NCBI GenBank assembly: GCA_032718475.1 | Contig: JAUCBJ010007356.1 | Location: forward strand, 1-33,944 | Length of the DNA: 33,944 nt | DNA from: Nemertoderma westbladi | Taxonomy: Eukaryota; Animalia; Xenacoelomorpha | Direction of reading: 5' to 3' | In this document: in pieces, positions 24,466 through 33,880 of the stretch | Numbering within the stretch: the first letter of the stretch is position 1 | How the letters are laid out: each line of letters opens with the position of its first letter | The notes under the pieces: generated by a model | Database searches by the model: none | What the model saw: the letters and a program-made list of their open reading frames with translations, nothing else | What the model was told of the DNA's origin: nothing | Made by a program: the position numbers and the translations under genes

Positions 24466-24617
24466 CTTTGGGACGGACAGTGGAGGGACTTGTGCCGGTT
24501 ATCGTTGTCGTGCTGTTGCTACATGTTGGCGTAAACACCGCGGCAACGGTACATCGGCGCTGAGAATCCCACTGTCCGGGGGCAAAGACTGTTAGGCAGC
24601 GACGCCCGCTCGCCTAA
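24466..24617 (+). other. Long imperfect RNA stem-loop plus a small adjacent hairpin (putative cis-acting RNA element)
   Basis: 24474-24483 pairs perfectly with 24569-24578. 24492-24499 pairs with 24553-24560 and 24500-24512 with 24539-24551, both fully using G-U. The second hairpin is ttaggc-agcg/cgct-gcctaa at 24592-24617. Confidence 0.75.
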
Positions 24618-24658
24618 ATATTGACTCATAATAATATTAATAAACTCAGATAGCAGAT

Positions 24659-26156
24659 ATGACGGAGTTAATAGAAGATGACCTTGGTATCAGAGAGCGA
24701 TATACTCTACCTTTACAAGCATTTGTGGATAGCTTGATACGCGGTGAAACCGATCCGACTATTACTGAGGACGATGGTCATTATATCGAACCGCCGATGT
24801 CCCAGGAACAACTTACGCGTGAATTGGACTATAGAAAATTCACTGCTCGCTATACGCATCGTAATGGCACGTATATGGACTTCTTAATTACCGGCCATCC
24901 TACCGATTTACACAATACGGACGATGTAGACACCGAAAGGGAAATGGTTTTATTTAAATATCATACCCAGCGGAGTCGTAACGATAAACCGAGAATAGAA
25001 CACGAGAATTCTATTCGTTGAAGAACCCGATAAGCGCATCAACTTCAACGACTACTTGGAATTTTTGAGAGAAACCTATCTCAATATTGCCAGTCAACAG
25101 AACCCAGAGACTCGATATCCTCAAGGTATACATCATGATCCTATGGTAGAACGCAAACGGCTCTATTTCACTATAATGTATCTTACCGCAGATCGTCCAC
25201 TACCTGTTGTCCCGGATAGCTTTGAACAAATGGAAGAATATTGCAAAACTGGAGAACGATCACCCGCGTTTCCTCTACAGGACATACGTCTTTGGTATTA
25301 TTGTGACGAATGCCCTAGACCCAACCAACAAACGGAAAGACATAAACGTCCGCGGAGACGTTGCGCTAAACACAGTTTTACGCGTTATACTTACGGGAGT
25401 TTCGAGCGAAACCTGTTCGACGTATCACCTACGATCGCTCGTCTCAAATGATCACTAAATAAACCCATGATCAGAGTTCCGGAATACTCGGTCAGACCTC
25501 CTCATTCCCTAGTGAGACCTCAAACTCTTGATCCTAACAGTATCACTGATCCTCCCAAACTATATTCACTGTTCAAAGATCTAGTGTTACCCTAACAATT
25601 AATCGGTAACACTCCGCAGCAGTGAGCTCTAGCTAGCCACCCATCTTACCTAGCCATATTGGGACGCGGACACCTAATATCGCCATTAAACCGTGTAGTC
25701 GCCCAATTTAACGCGATACAACCCTTCATCAAGGTGGAGGAGAGCGTTGTACGAAACGAGTTAAACGCTATTCTACAAAGATCAGAAAGGAAACTTCCGT
25801 TTGTTCAGATAAACGTAAGTTGTAACAGCAAGTCCAAGCGATAAACGAATTGGCTTTATCCCAGTTCGATTGGAAAATCCAGAATCTCTAAGACGATATC
25901 GAGCTTGGACGACTCTATTCTCGGCGAGAGTTTTGGATGAACGTATCCAACGATGAGAGGAGGAAAATCAGCTCGAGGAGAAGCATATTGAAACGGCGGA
26001 TACACCGACCATAATCCCACGCCTTCTGATGCAATCATATTGCACCCTTCACCCAGGAGTTATAGCCCTCCTTGTAAAGTGGCTCGCCCCAAAGAGAAAA
26101 AGACTCTTGCTAGCTTTAAAAAACTGCGTAAACGCCGTCCGCGCAAGAAAGACTAA
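24659..26156 (+). pseudogene. Putative decayed accessory ORF of the BEL element, unknown function, not env-like
   Basis: ORF pieces 24659-25021, 24999-25451 and 25659-25844 (the last two in one frame) and a terminal piece ending KKLRKRRPRKKD* at 26156. It has a CDEC-x16-CAKH motif and is more GC-rich than its flanks. Confidence 0.55.
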
Positions 26157-26226
26157 CTGTTTAGAGTATTTTCGTATTTTAGAAACTGTGATTTTGTATA
26201 TTTTATAGACTTAAATCCCATTTTCT

Positions 26227-26234
26227 GGGAGCGG
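26227..26234 (+). other. Short polypurine tract of BEL copy B
   Basis: GGGAGCGG lies immediately before the 3' LTR TGT. Confidence 0.6.
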
Positions 26235-27043
26235 TGTAAAAGCTTTTGTGGGATAACTGATTTTTTTGGTTTGCTAACCAGTTCCCCCCAAGGCGCTGGA
26301 ATACTCTAAAAAGGGCTCTCTAGCTCGAATGGTACAAGCTACAGGCTGATTGGCTGATTTGCAGTACGAAGGGGATCTTGGCTATGTTCGATCGGCCAAT
26401 CAGGGTTATAACAATAGAATATGCAACCAGGGCAACCGAGTGGAGTGATTCATTTTGTGTGCTGGCCAAGGGCTGCAAAATTCCTGATAGTTAGGCATTT
26501 AGACATTCGTGGAACCTGCGGAATCTGGTGTTCTGCCAATGATAGCTATCCCTCTCTGTGTTGAAGAATACCTGCAACAGCTCACAGAGTCAGTGTTCAG
26601 TGTGTTGTTGTTCCTCCTACGCCAGAACATCGGCTTTTGGAATAACTCGTTATAAAACATTAGTAGGCTTAGATTATAGAAAGTATAACTGTTACCTTAC
26701 CCTACTTACCAACTAATCAATCATACCATAACTCCACAACTTAATTACTAATCATATCATTTGTACTGCTATTTACCATCAGTTATTAATTGTATCGTTT
26801 TGTTGATGGAATATTGTTATTTGGAGAATATTGATAAATAACCCGAATTTCCCAATCTTCTTGATACACTACAGGTTAGAGAGACAGGCTACATATAACA
26901 ATTGCGATTTATATTATTGTGGTGTGTAGTGAATCTAATGCTATTTGATAGACACTACATGAGTCAATTGCTGTTCTCTTTATGTATGATCAAATTCATT
27001 GACGGTCGGCAGAATAGTGTGCATGATTGTGGCTGGTAACAAA
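26235..27043 (+). repeat. 3' LTR of BEL copy B, first 809 bp (interrupted)
   Basis: Matches 11869-12677, and similarity stops abruptly at ggtaacaaa|TGTGGG. Confidence 0.95.
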
Positions 27044-27467
27044 TGTGGGAGCGCTATCGGCGCCCGGTCCCGGATCCACGGCCACGCACTATCCCGCTCG
27101 AGGGGTGAGCTGGAGAAGGCTGAGGTAAAACTAGGAAACTAGCTGCAGTATATCAGTATATTGTGTATTGAGATACATGGATAACAAATAATGATGTGAT
27201 ACAACCAGACAATGAAACTAATAACGAACTACCTACAAAACATGACTGACAACAGACAACCCTACACCGATAAGTCATCTCAATAACTAAACTGAATGAT
27301 AACTACTGACTGCGCCCTGCCCCCAGGACTATATCCCTGACAGCTACCGTACAACCAGCTGTTCACACCCTAGGTGCTAACAAGATACTACTATATCATA
27401 CCTACTTAACCTATACAATACATACTAATCAGTCCAATAATACACCATCCCATATTACAATATCACA
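27044..27467 (-). repeat. Gypsy 3' LTR (424 bp, TG...CA)
   Basis: TGTG...CACA termini, bounded by the BEL junction and the PPT. Confidence 0.92.
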
Positions 27468-27479
27468 TCCCCCCTTCTT
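27468..27479 (-). other. Gypsy polypurine tract
   Basis: AAGAAGGGGGGA on the - strand, preceded by a T run and adjacent to the LTR. Confidence 0.92.
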
Positions 27480-28262
27480 AAAAAAAAAACTCGCCCACGA
27501 GTTTCTAGAACGCACAAACTACAAACCCCAAGTCTAATGACTACATCGACAAGTAAAGTCTACCTCAACGGCAGTATAGATACTGTATATGAAGCACGAT
27601 ACCAACAATGCATTCAACTAGCCTAAGGCCAATAATATCTAAATCGAAATTTCGTACTGCATGTATCGTAAGCCAGTATGACTAAAGAATAACACGTACA
27701 ACTCAATGAGTAACCAAATAACACTATATCAAGCATAATTGCAATCTATAAATCGCACCGTAAGTAACCGACCATAGTACAATCCATAAAATGTGTCACT
27801 GCCACAATAAATAAAGGCTATATAAGTAAATAATTAATACGTGTATCTATCACATGAAAATGTATCCATACAGTATCTATCATAAACATGTATCCATCCA
27901 TACAGTATCTATCTATCCGTATCTTATGTAATAATAATACGTAATGACGTAACAAAAATATACAAAAAAATATATATGTTGGAGTTATGTACATAAGGTA
28001 AATAATAATACATACAGAATAGAGAATACTCTACAAAATGTACATAACTGAGGCACAAAATATCTCGTGGGCGAATAACGGGTGAGAGCCGAGCAATGGA
28101 ACGGAATTTTAAAAAATCACAATATCTAAATAATTCAGGATAACAATTTTTTTTCCAAACAAAAGTTATTCATTGTTAATAAATGCAATTTATCTATGTA
28201 GCCATGGTAACCAGCAAACAGTCAAGTCATATCGACTACGTCTCTATAATTTGCGTCAACGG

Positions 28263-31200
28263 TCAACAGTCGCTATCGTCACCGTCGTAGACGTCCGCAC
28301 TGTCGTTCCCCCTACCTGTATCATCTCCCGTGGAGTTACTTTCTTCCCTATAGTATGGTTTTAAGTCCTTCACATTTACAATAATAAGTCGAGAACGTGG
28401 ATTTGGTTTTCCCGATTTTCCCAACAGTTTAATGGCATAACTTGATTTACCAACCTGATCAACAATAGCATAAGGACCCCTAAACATGAAGCTCAGCTTC
28501 GTATTCTTACCTTTGGTCGTCCTATCATAGTATAATACAGACTGCCCCTTAGTGTAGGTTCGAATGTTACTGCGTTGGCGCTTCCCCAGCTTACCATCGT
28601 GGTATTGTTTCTGTTTCACTTGTGTAAGCCTAAGAGCTTCCCTGGCTATCCCATGGGCCCGCTCCAAACGAAACCTTAATTCGTCTGCGAATGTTGCTTC
28701 ATCTGCTAGCAAGCTGTACGGCCGGGCTATCTGCGTGTCTACTTGAGTTGTCGCCTGTCGCCCATACATTAAAGAGAAAGGAGTTTCCTTAAGTGTACTC
28801 TGAATCGAAGTATTATAATTAAACGCAACAGCGGGAATAAACTCGTCCCAATTATGCGGGTTGGTAGCTGTCAACGATAACATGTTTACAGCTAACTGGT
28901 TAATGCGTTCTGTAAGACCATTGCAAGCTGGGTGGTATACCGACGTAAATACGGAAACAATACCAAACATTGCAGTTAATTCCTTGAATAAATTAGACGT
29001 GAAATTACTACCCCTATCGCTTAATAAACTCTCGGGGGCGCCGTATATAAGAAAAATACCATCCACTAAAGCCCTGGCAACGGTAGCGGCTTCTTCATTT
29101 GGTAACGGGAGGAGGGAAGCGTAACGAGTAAGATGATCAACTACTGTAGGGATAACCTTGTTACCTTTAGATGACGTCTGGAAGCCTTTAACGATATCAA
29201 TTGAAAGGCGTTGCAAGACACGTTCAACGACTGGGAGAGGTGACAGTGGTTGGGTCTGAGGGACGCCCTTCCTACGCTGGCATGGGTCACATTCACGAAT
29301 GTGCTGCTTAACATTATCCTTTATACCTACCCAATAATACTTCATATGGATAGCACCTACCGTTTTATCAATACCCATGTGAGACTTTTCATCGTGACAC
29401 ATGGATATAATTTGTTGCCTTAGTAACTTAGGAACTACAATCTGTACCTTCGATTTACCGTTACTTGTTGATAAATGGCAGAGTATATTGTCAACCATAA
29501 CATATTGTGCTCTAAACTTGAGCATGTAACGATACTCGTGTAGCGATTTGCGCACATCGGCATCGGCTATTGTAACAGCTGTGTCCAGTAATGTATCAAT
29601 CATAGGCTGTAAGTTATTGTCTTCTGATTGTAACTTACGCAAGGCAGTCAATGTGCAGTACTGTTGGCCGCCCGGAAGTGTCCAATTATTATTATTGTCA
29701 TTATTGATAATGTATGTGACGTCACTATCGTGGTTGGGTCTGTCTGGGGAACTTAGAATGTCACATGGATTAGGTTTTGGCGGCTGCACGCCATTGTCTA
29801 GGTCCACCTCAACAGCGTTTGGTCTATCGCTATCATTATGTAGGTCTAAATTGGCTAGTCCTATCAAGCAATAATTATCTGACGAGACTGGGTCATTATG
29901 CATAGGGGGAAGTAACGTATCCATGGCAACCGGTTCATTAGAAACGGTTTCGTCTCGTTGGTTGCCAGGGGTTACCTGTAATGGTATTCTAGAAAGACAA
30001 TCAGCGCGGTTAAGTCGGCCTGGCCTGTAAACAAAATTGAAATTAAATTCAGACAGTTTAACGGCCCATCGCTGCAAACGCCCTGGAAGTTCGAGTTTGG
30101 TCTGTAAACAACTGAGTGGTTTATGATCCGAAACTAACGTAAATGCGCGGCCAATGAGGTAAAACCTGTGTTTCTGCATTGCCCAGACCACGGCTAAAGC
30201 CTCTAGCTCCGTAATGGACCACTTTCTCTCAGCGTTGCTTAGCGACCTCGATGAGTAAGCAATTACGCCCGCATCCTGATATAAAACAGCTCCTAAAGCT
30301 ATACCGCTAGCGTCAGTCTCTAAGTAAAACGGCTGGTCGAAATCAGGGTGTTCTAGAATAGGGTTATTAATTAGGCGTTTCTTAAGGAATGTAAAAGCCT
30401 GCTCACAATCGCTTGTCCATACGAACTCTTGGTTTTTCCTTAACAACACGTTCAAGGGAGCTACAATCTTACCATAATCCTTAATAAATTTCCTATAGTA
30501 ACCACATAATCCTAGGAAGCTATAAAGTTGCTTTGCATTGGCCGGTCGCGGAAAATCAACCATGGCTTGGACCTTATCCTTGTCCATATGCTGCCCTGAG
30601 CTATCTATCACATGGCCTAGGAATTTTACAGATGTCGCCCCGAACATGCACTTACTTGGTTTGAGCTTCAAGCCGAGATCGATAATTCTACGTAATAGAA
30701 TGATAATAGTACTTACGTGGGTGTCCCATTCCCGGGTATACAGTATGACGTCATCGAGGTAAATGAGAACGTACTCGATACCATGCAAAGCTAATTGCAT
30801 AAGATTCTGGCAGCCAGAAGGGCTGGACTGGAGGCCAAAGGGCATTCTAACAAATTCGTAATGGCCACTATGTGTTACGAAAGCGGTTTTATGTGTATCT
30901 TCAGCGGCTAAGGGTACCTGCCAAAACATCGATTTAAAATCGAGTGTCGTAAAATATTTGGGCCGTGCTGTGCCAATTTCCGACAACATTTCGTCTATGC
31001 GCGGCAAAGGCCAAAATTGTGGCACAGCCGCAGCGTTAAGGCGGCGAAGATCAACGCAAAACCGCCACTTACCATCTTTTTTTTTACTTAATATTATTGG
31101 TGCCCCCCACTCACTGTTGCTAGGTTGAATAACACCTGCGGCTAACATATTGCCTACCTGTTTGTCAATCTCTTTCCTAAGCCCCATAGGTACTGTACGT

Positions 31201-32561
31201 GGTCTCGTGTAAAAGGGCTTAGCCTCTGGTTTAAGTGGGATTCTATGTTCTAATAGGTCAGTCTTACCTATATCGCAATCTCCAAAGGAAAACGCCGCAG
31301 CATGTTGAGTAGCAATATCTATTAACTGGGTCCTCTGCTGAGGCTCCAAATGATCTAACGGTAATTCCTTAGCTAAATACTCCCTTTGTATGTCGCGCTC
31401 TACCGAGTCTTGTTTAACTTCTTTATTGAAGCTATCATTATCTACTGTACAATATAATGCAATTTTCTGATTGCGATATATTGTAACCGGGTAGTTATTC
31501 GGATTTAATAACTGCACTGGGACCTTACCTGATCCGTCCAATGGGTTAGAAACTACACTTCGCGCAGTTAGATACGAACCCCTTGGTTTTACTAACGGCT
31601 CTATCATTACCGACTCTGCTAATAATCCATTATCATACAATTTCCCTGCCAGTCTCACCTGTGTCCCTGCTGGGATCGTAGTCTTATCTATCGCAGAAAC
31701 AAAACAACAAAAAGGGTTTGTACTCTTACCGTTACCAGCGTTGCTGGGCGTGTTTAACCTGGCAAAGTACACTCTTTCCTGGTTGGTTAGAACCAAACAT
31801 CTGTCTAGAAAATCTATGGACGCACAAGCAATACTTACGAAATCTAACCCTAACAGAAACGGGGGAATCCCAACACAAGATAATTCTGCTACGTGGACCT
31901 CGAGGGAAACCGAAAAATTGCTTGTAACTGATATTTGTAAAGTAGCCAATCCCATAGGTTTAACCTGTCCCCCTATACCGCTAATAGGTGGTAAATCAAG
32001 GGCACGCAACTGCACACCGGATGGGAGTTTCCTAAAATCTATCAGGGAATAATGTGAGCCACTATCTAAAAATGCTTCACCATCCTCGTTTTCGATTCTT
32101 ACTGGAAAATGCATGTCTAGTTTATTGGACACTACAGCTGTGTACATTGAAGCTGGATTGGGATTTGGGTTAAAATTAGGGTTAGGGTTGTAAGTAGGGT
32201 TAGGGTTGTAATTCGGGTTAGAGTATTGCCTGTTAGGATTTGAGTCGGTATTCGTACGTGGTCTAGTGCAATTTCGGCTATAATGTCCCGGTTCCCCACA
32301 GTTGTAGCAAGTAACCGAACTGTTGCTACTGTAGTTATTAGATCGTGGTGTAAACCCTCTGTTACTGCTGTCCCGTGAGTTGCCCGTACCGCTAGTACCA
32401 GTCCACCTTGCGTTGGGGTCAAACCAGTTATTCTGTCCCCGACCGTGATTATCGCGGCTATAATTATTATTGTAATTGGCGCGTGGGTAGCTACTGGTAT
32501 TTGGTGTCTGATTGGACAGTTTCAGTTGTAAGTCCTTCAGTTGTCTTTCTAGATAACTCAT
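28263..32561 (-). CDS. pol: Gypsy nucleocapsid-Pol polyprotein (Zn knuckle, protease, RT, RNase H, integrase)
   Basis: 1432-aa uninterrupted ORF with CYNCGEPGHYSRNC, FLDSGS, YLDD, TDAS, H-x4-H..CDPC, SID/SDRG/ERIN and GPY. No chromodomain was seen. Confidence 0.96.
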   Translation of the reverse strand: MSYLERQLKDLQLKLSNQTPNTSSYPRANYNNNYSRDNHGRGQNNWFDPNARWTGTSGTGNSRDSSNRGFTPRSNNYSSNSSVTCYNCGEPGHYSRNCTRPRTNTDSNPNRQYSNPNYNPNPTYNPNPNFNPNPNPASMYTAVVSNKLDMHFPVRIENEDGEAFLDSGSHYSLIDFRKLPSGVQLRALDLPPISGIGGQVKPMGLATLQISVTSNFSVSLEVHVAELSCVGIPPFLLGLDFVSIACASIDFLDRCLVLTNQERVYFARLNTPSNAGNGKSTNPFCCFVSAIDKTTIPAGTQVRLAGKLYDNGLLAESVMIEPLVKPRGSYLTARSVVSNPLDGSGKVPVQLLNPNNYPVTIYRNQKIALYCTVDNDSFNKEVKQDSVERDIQREYLAKELPLDHLEPQQRTQLIDIATQHAAAFSFGDCDIGKTDLLEHRIPLKPEAKPFYTRPRTVPMGLRKEIDKQVGNMLAAGVIQPSNSEWGAPIILSKKKDGKWRFCVDLRRLNAAAVPQFWPLPRIDEMLSEIGTARPKYFTTLDFKSMFWQVPLAAEDTHKTAFVTHSGHYEFVRMPFGLQSSPSGCQNLMQLALHGIEYVLIYLDDVILYTREWDTHVSTIIILLRRIIDLGLKLKPSKCMFGATSVKFLGHVIDSSGQHMDKDKVQAMVDFPRPANAKQLYSFLGLCGYYRKFIKDYGKIVAPLNVLLRKNQEFVWTSDCEQAFTFLKKRLINNPILEHPDFDQPFYLETDASGIALGAVLYQDAGVIAYSSRSLSNAERKWSITELEALAVVWAMQKHRFYLIGRAFTLVSDHKPLSCLQTKLELPGRLQRWAVKLSEFNFNFVYRPGRLNRADCLSRIPLQVTPGNQRDETVSNEPVAMDTLLPPMHNDPVSSDNYCLIGLANLDLHNDSDRPNAVEVDLDNGVQPPKPNPCDILSSPDRPNHDSDVTYIINNDNNNNWTLPGGQQYCTLTALRKLQSEDNNLQPMIDTLLDTAVTIADADVRKSLHEYRYMLKFRAQYVMVDNILCHLSTSNGKSKVQIVVPKLLRQQIISMCHDEKSHMGIDKTVGAIHMKYYWVGIKDNVKQHIRECDPCQRRKGVPQTQPLSPLPVVERVLQRLSIDIVKGFQTSSKGNKVIPTVVDHLTRYASLLPLPNEEAATVARALVDGIFLIYGAPESLLSDRGSNFTSNLFKELTAMFGIVSVFTSVYHPACNGLTERINQLAVNMLSLTATNPHNWDEFIPAVAFNYNTSIQSTLKETPFSLMYGRQATTQVDTQIARPYSLLADEATFADELRFRLERAHGIAREALRLTQVKQKQYHDGKLGKRQRSNIRTYTKGQSVLYYDRTTKGKNTKLSFMFRGPYAIVDQVGKSSYAIKLLGKSGKPNPRSRLIIVNVKDLKPYYREESNSTGDDTGRGNDSADVYDGDDSDC

Positions 32562-33700
32562 ATCAGTCTGTTTTGGGGACTGTTCTGAAAAACTAACCTT
32601 GCTGTATGAAGTTTGTCTGGGACTGGGAGCGGTTCCCTGGGCCTATTACTCTGGTCCTTACGATCGCCCAATTCACAGCCAAATATACCATTATTTTCCT
32701 GTCTTAAATAAAGTTCCTCGCGCCTAGCACGGTGAACTGCCTCCCCAAAATTGCGCGGTTCTGTTAACCGTATACTTCTCGCTAATTCAGGGGAAATCCC
32801 TCTATAAAATATTGGCAAAAGTAAAAGTTCCCGTTGCTCAGTGCTCATTCCCGGAAAAGCTTGTACCCCTAAACTAGTTATAAGATCGGAAAATTCAGAA
32901 ATAGTTTCCCCCACCTTCTGTTTACGATCTAGTAATTCATTGTACACAAAACTAGTATCCTGGGGGCAAAAACGGGCACGTAAAATATCACGAATTGCAT
33001 CATAGTTTTCCTGTTCATGTTTAGCCAGTTCATCAAGGACACGTGCAGCCCTACCGGTTAAATAAACAGGCACAATCTTACCGAGAGCGTCGTTCTTCCA
33101 CCCCCTGAGTCTGGCGATCCGTTGCACCGATCTGTTCCACGCCTCGAAATCACCAGAACCATCAAAGCAGTCCGGTTCCTTGCGGATGCTTTCCATAGTC
33201 GGATCTCGTCGTCGAGTAGTCGGCGGAGCAACCGTTGGAGAATCTCGTCGTCGAGTAGTCGGCGGAGCAACTGTTGGAGAATCCCGTCGTCGAGTAGTCG
33301 GCGGAGCAACCGTCAGAGAATCCCGTCGTCTAGTAGTCGGCGGAGCAACCGTCAGAGAATCCCGTCGTCGAGTAGTCGGCGGAGCAACCGTCAGAGAATC
33401 CCGTCGTCTAGTAGTCGGCGGAGCAACCGTCAGAGAATCACGTCGTCGAGTAGTCGGCGGCCCTGAAATTGATCGGTTCAAGGATCCCCGTTGCCGTCGC
33501 GATCCGTGTAACGAGGGCAAGAGAGAACTACGACGCAACTTTGAAACAGCTCCCGATGACTTGTAGAGGAACGAATGTTCGTCCGTGCTGTCTGGATGAG
33601 GAGAACCAGAAGCGGAACGCAGTTTCTGCCGATAGGAAGGCTTACCCGTGGGAAAGTTAACGCTTCCAGCTTGTTTGCGCTCGGGTCGACGCGCAGGCAT
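32558..33700 (-). CDS. gag: Gypsy Gag N-terminal and capsid region
   Basis: PDCFDGSGDFEAW and RKQKVGETISEF are retrotransposon capsid-type motifs, located between the PBS and pol. Confidence 0.88.
   Translation of the reverse strand: MPARRPERKQAGSVNFPTGKPSYRQKLRSASGSPHPDSTDEHSFLYKSSGAVSKLRRSSLLPSLHGSRRQRGSLNRSISGPPTTRRRDSLTVAPPTTRRRDSLTVAPPTTRRRDSLTVAPPTTRRRDSLTVAPPTTRRRDSPTVAPPTTRRRDSPTVAPPTTRRRDPTMESIRKEPDCFDGSGDFEAWNRSVQRIARLRGWKNDALGKIVPVYLTGRAARVLDELAKHEQENYDAIRDILRARFCPQDTSFVYNELLDRKQKVGETISEFSDLITSLGVQAFPGMSTEQRELLLLPIFYRGISPELARSIRLTEPRNFGEAVHRARREELYLRQENNGIFGCELGDRKDQSNRPREPLPVPDKLHTARLVFQNSPQNRLI
33203..33460 (-). repeat. 39-bp coding tandem repeat, ~6.6 copies (PPTTRRRDSLTVA)
   Basis: Seven near-identical PPTTRRRD cores. 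Confidence 0.96.
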
Positions 33701-33863
33701 ACAGTGGAATAATCGTCAGAGACCCGCCACCCACAGTCTGACTGCCTGATACAGTGATGGGTACGGTAGTTGGTCGTGGTAGCGATAGCCTCGTAGGCCA
33801 GACAGAGTTAGAGTACCTGTTGCCGGTAGCGCGGTAGGCCTGTCAGACTGTCAGTTTCTCTAC

Positions 33864-33880
33864 TCCCGGACAAGCCCCCA
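33864..33880 (-). other. Primer binding site, tRNA-Pro
   Basis: TGGGGGCTTGTCCGGGA directly after the LTR CA differs from the canonical tRNA-Pro PBS TGGGGGCTCGTCCGGGA at one G-U-compatible position. Confidence 0.9.

Larger units (their letters stand above)
11869..27043 (+). mobile_element. BEL/Pao LTR retrotransposon, copy B (>15 kb; 3' LTR interrupted by Gypsy)
   Basis: Direct LTRs start at 11869 and 26235 and enclose gag-PR-RT-RH-IN with BEL-type motifs. Confidence 0.97.

Noticed and set aside
24659-26156. env gene
   Set aside because: No signal peptide, transmembrane segment or Cys-rich ectodomain in the frames examined.
32176-32220. TTAGGG telomere-like repeats
   Set aside because: Only a few units, explained by Asn-Pro codons (NPNPN) in the Gypsy ORF on the - strand.
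33203-33460. CRISPR-like array (also considered for 8443-8570)
   Set aside because: These are head-to-tail tandem repeats with no unique spacers, no cas genes, and a eukaryotic context.
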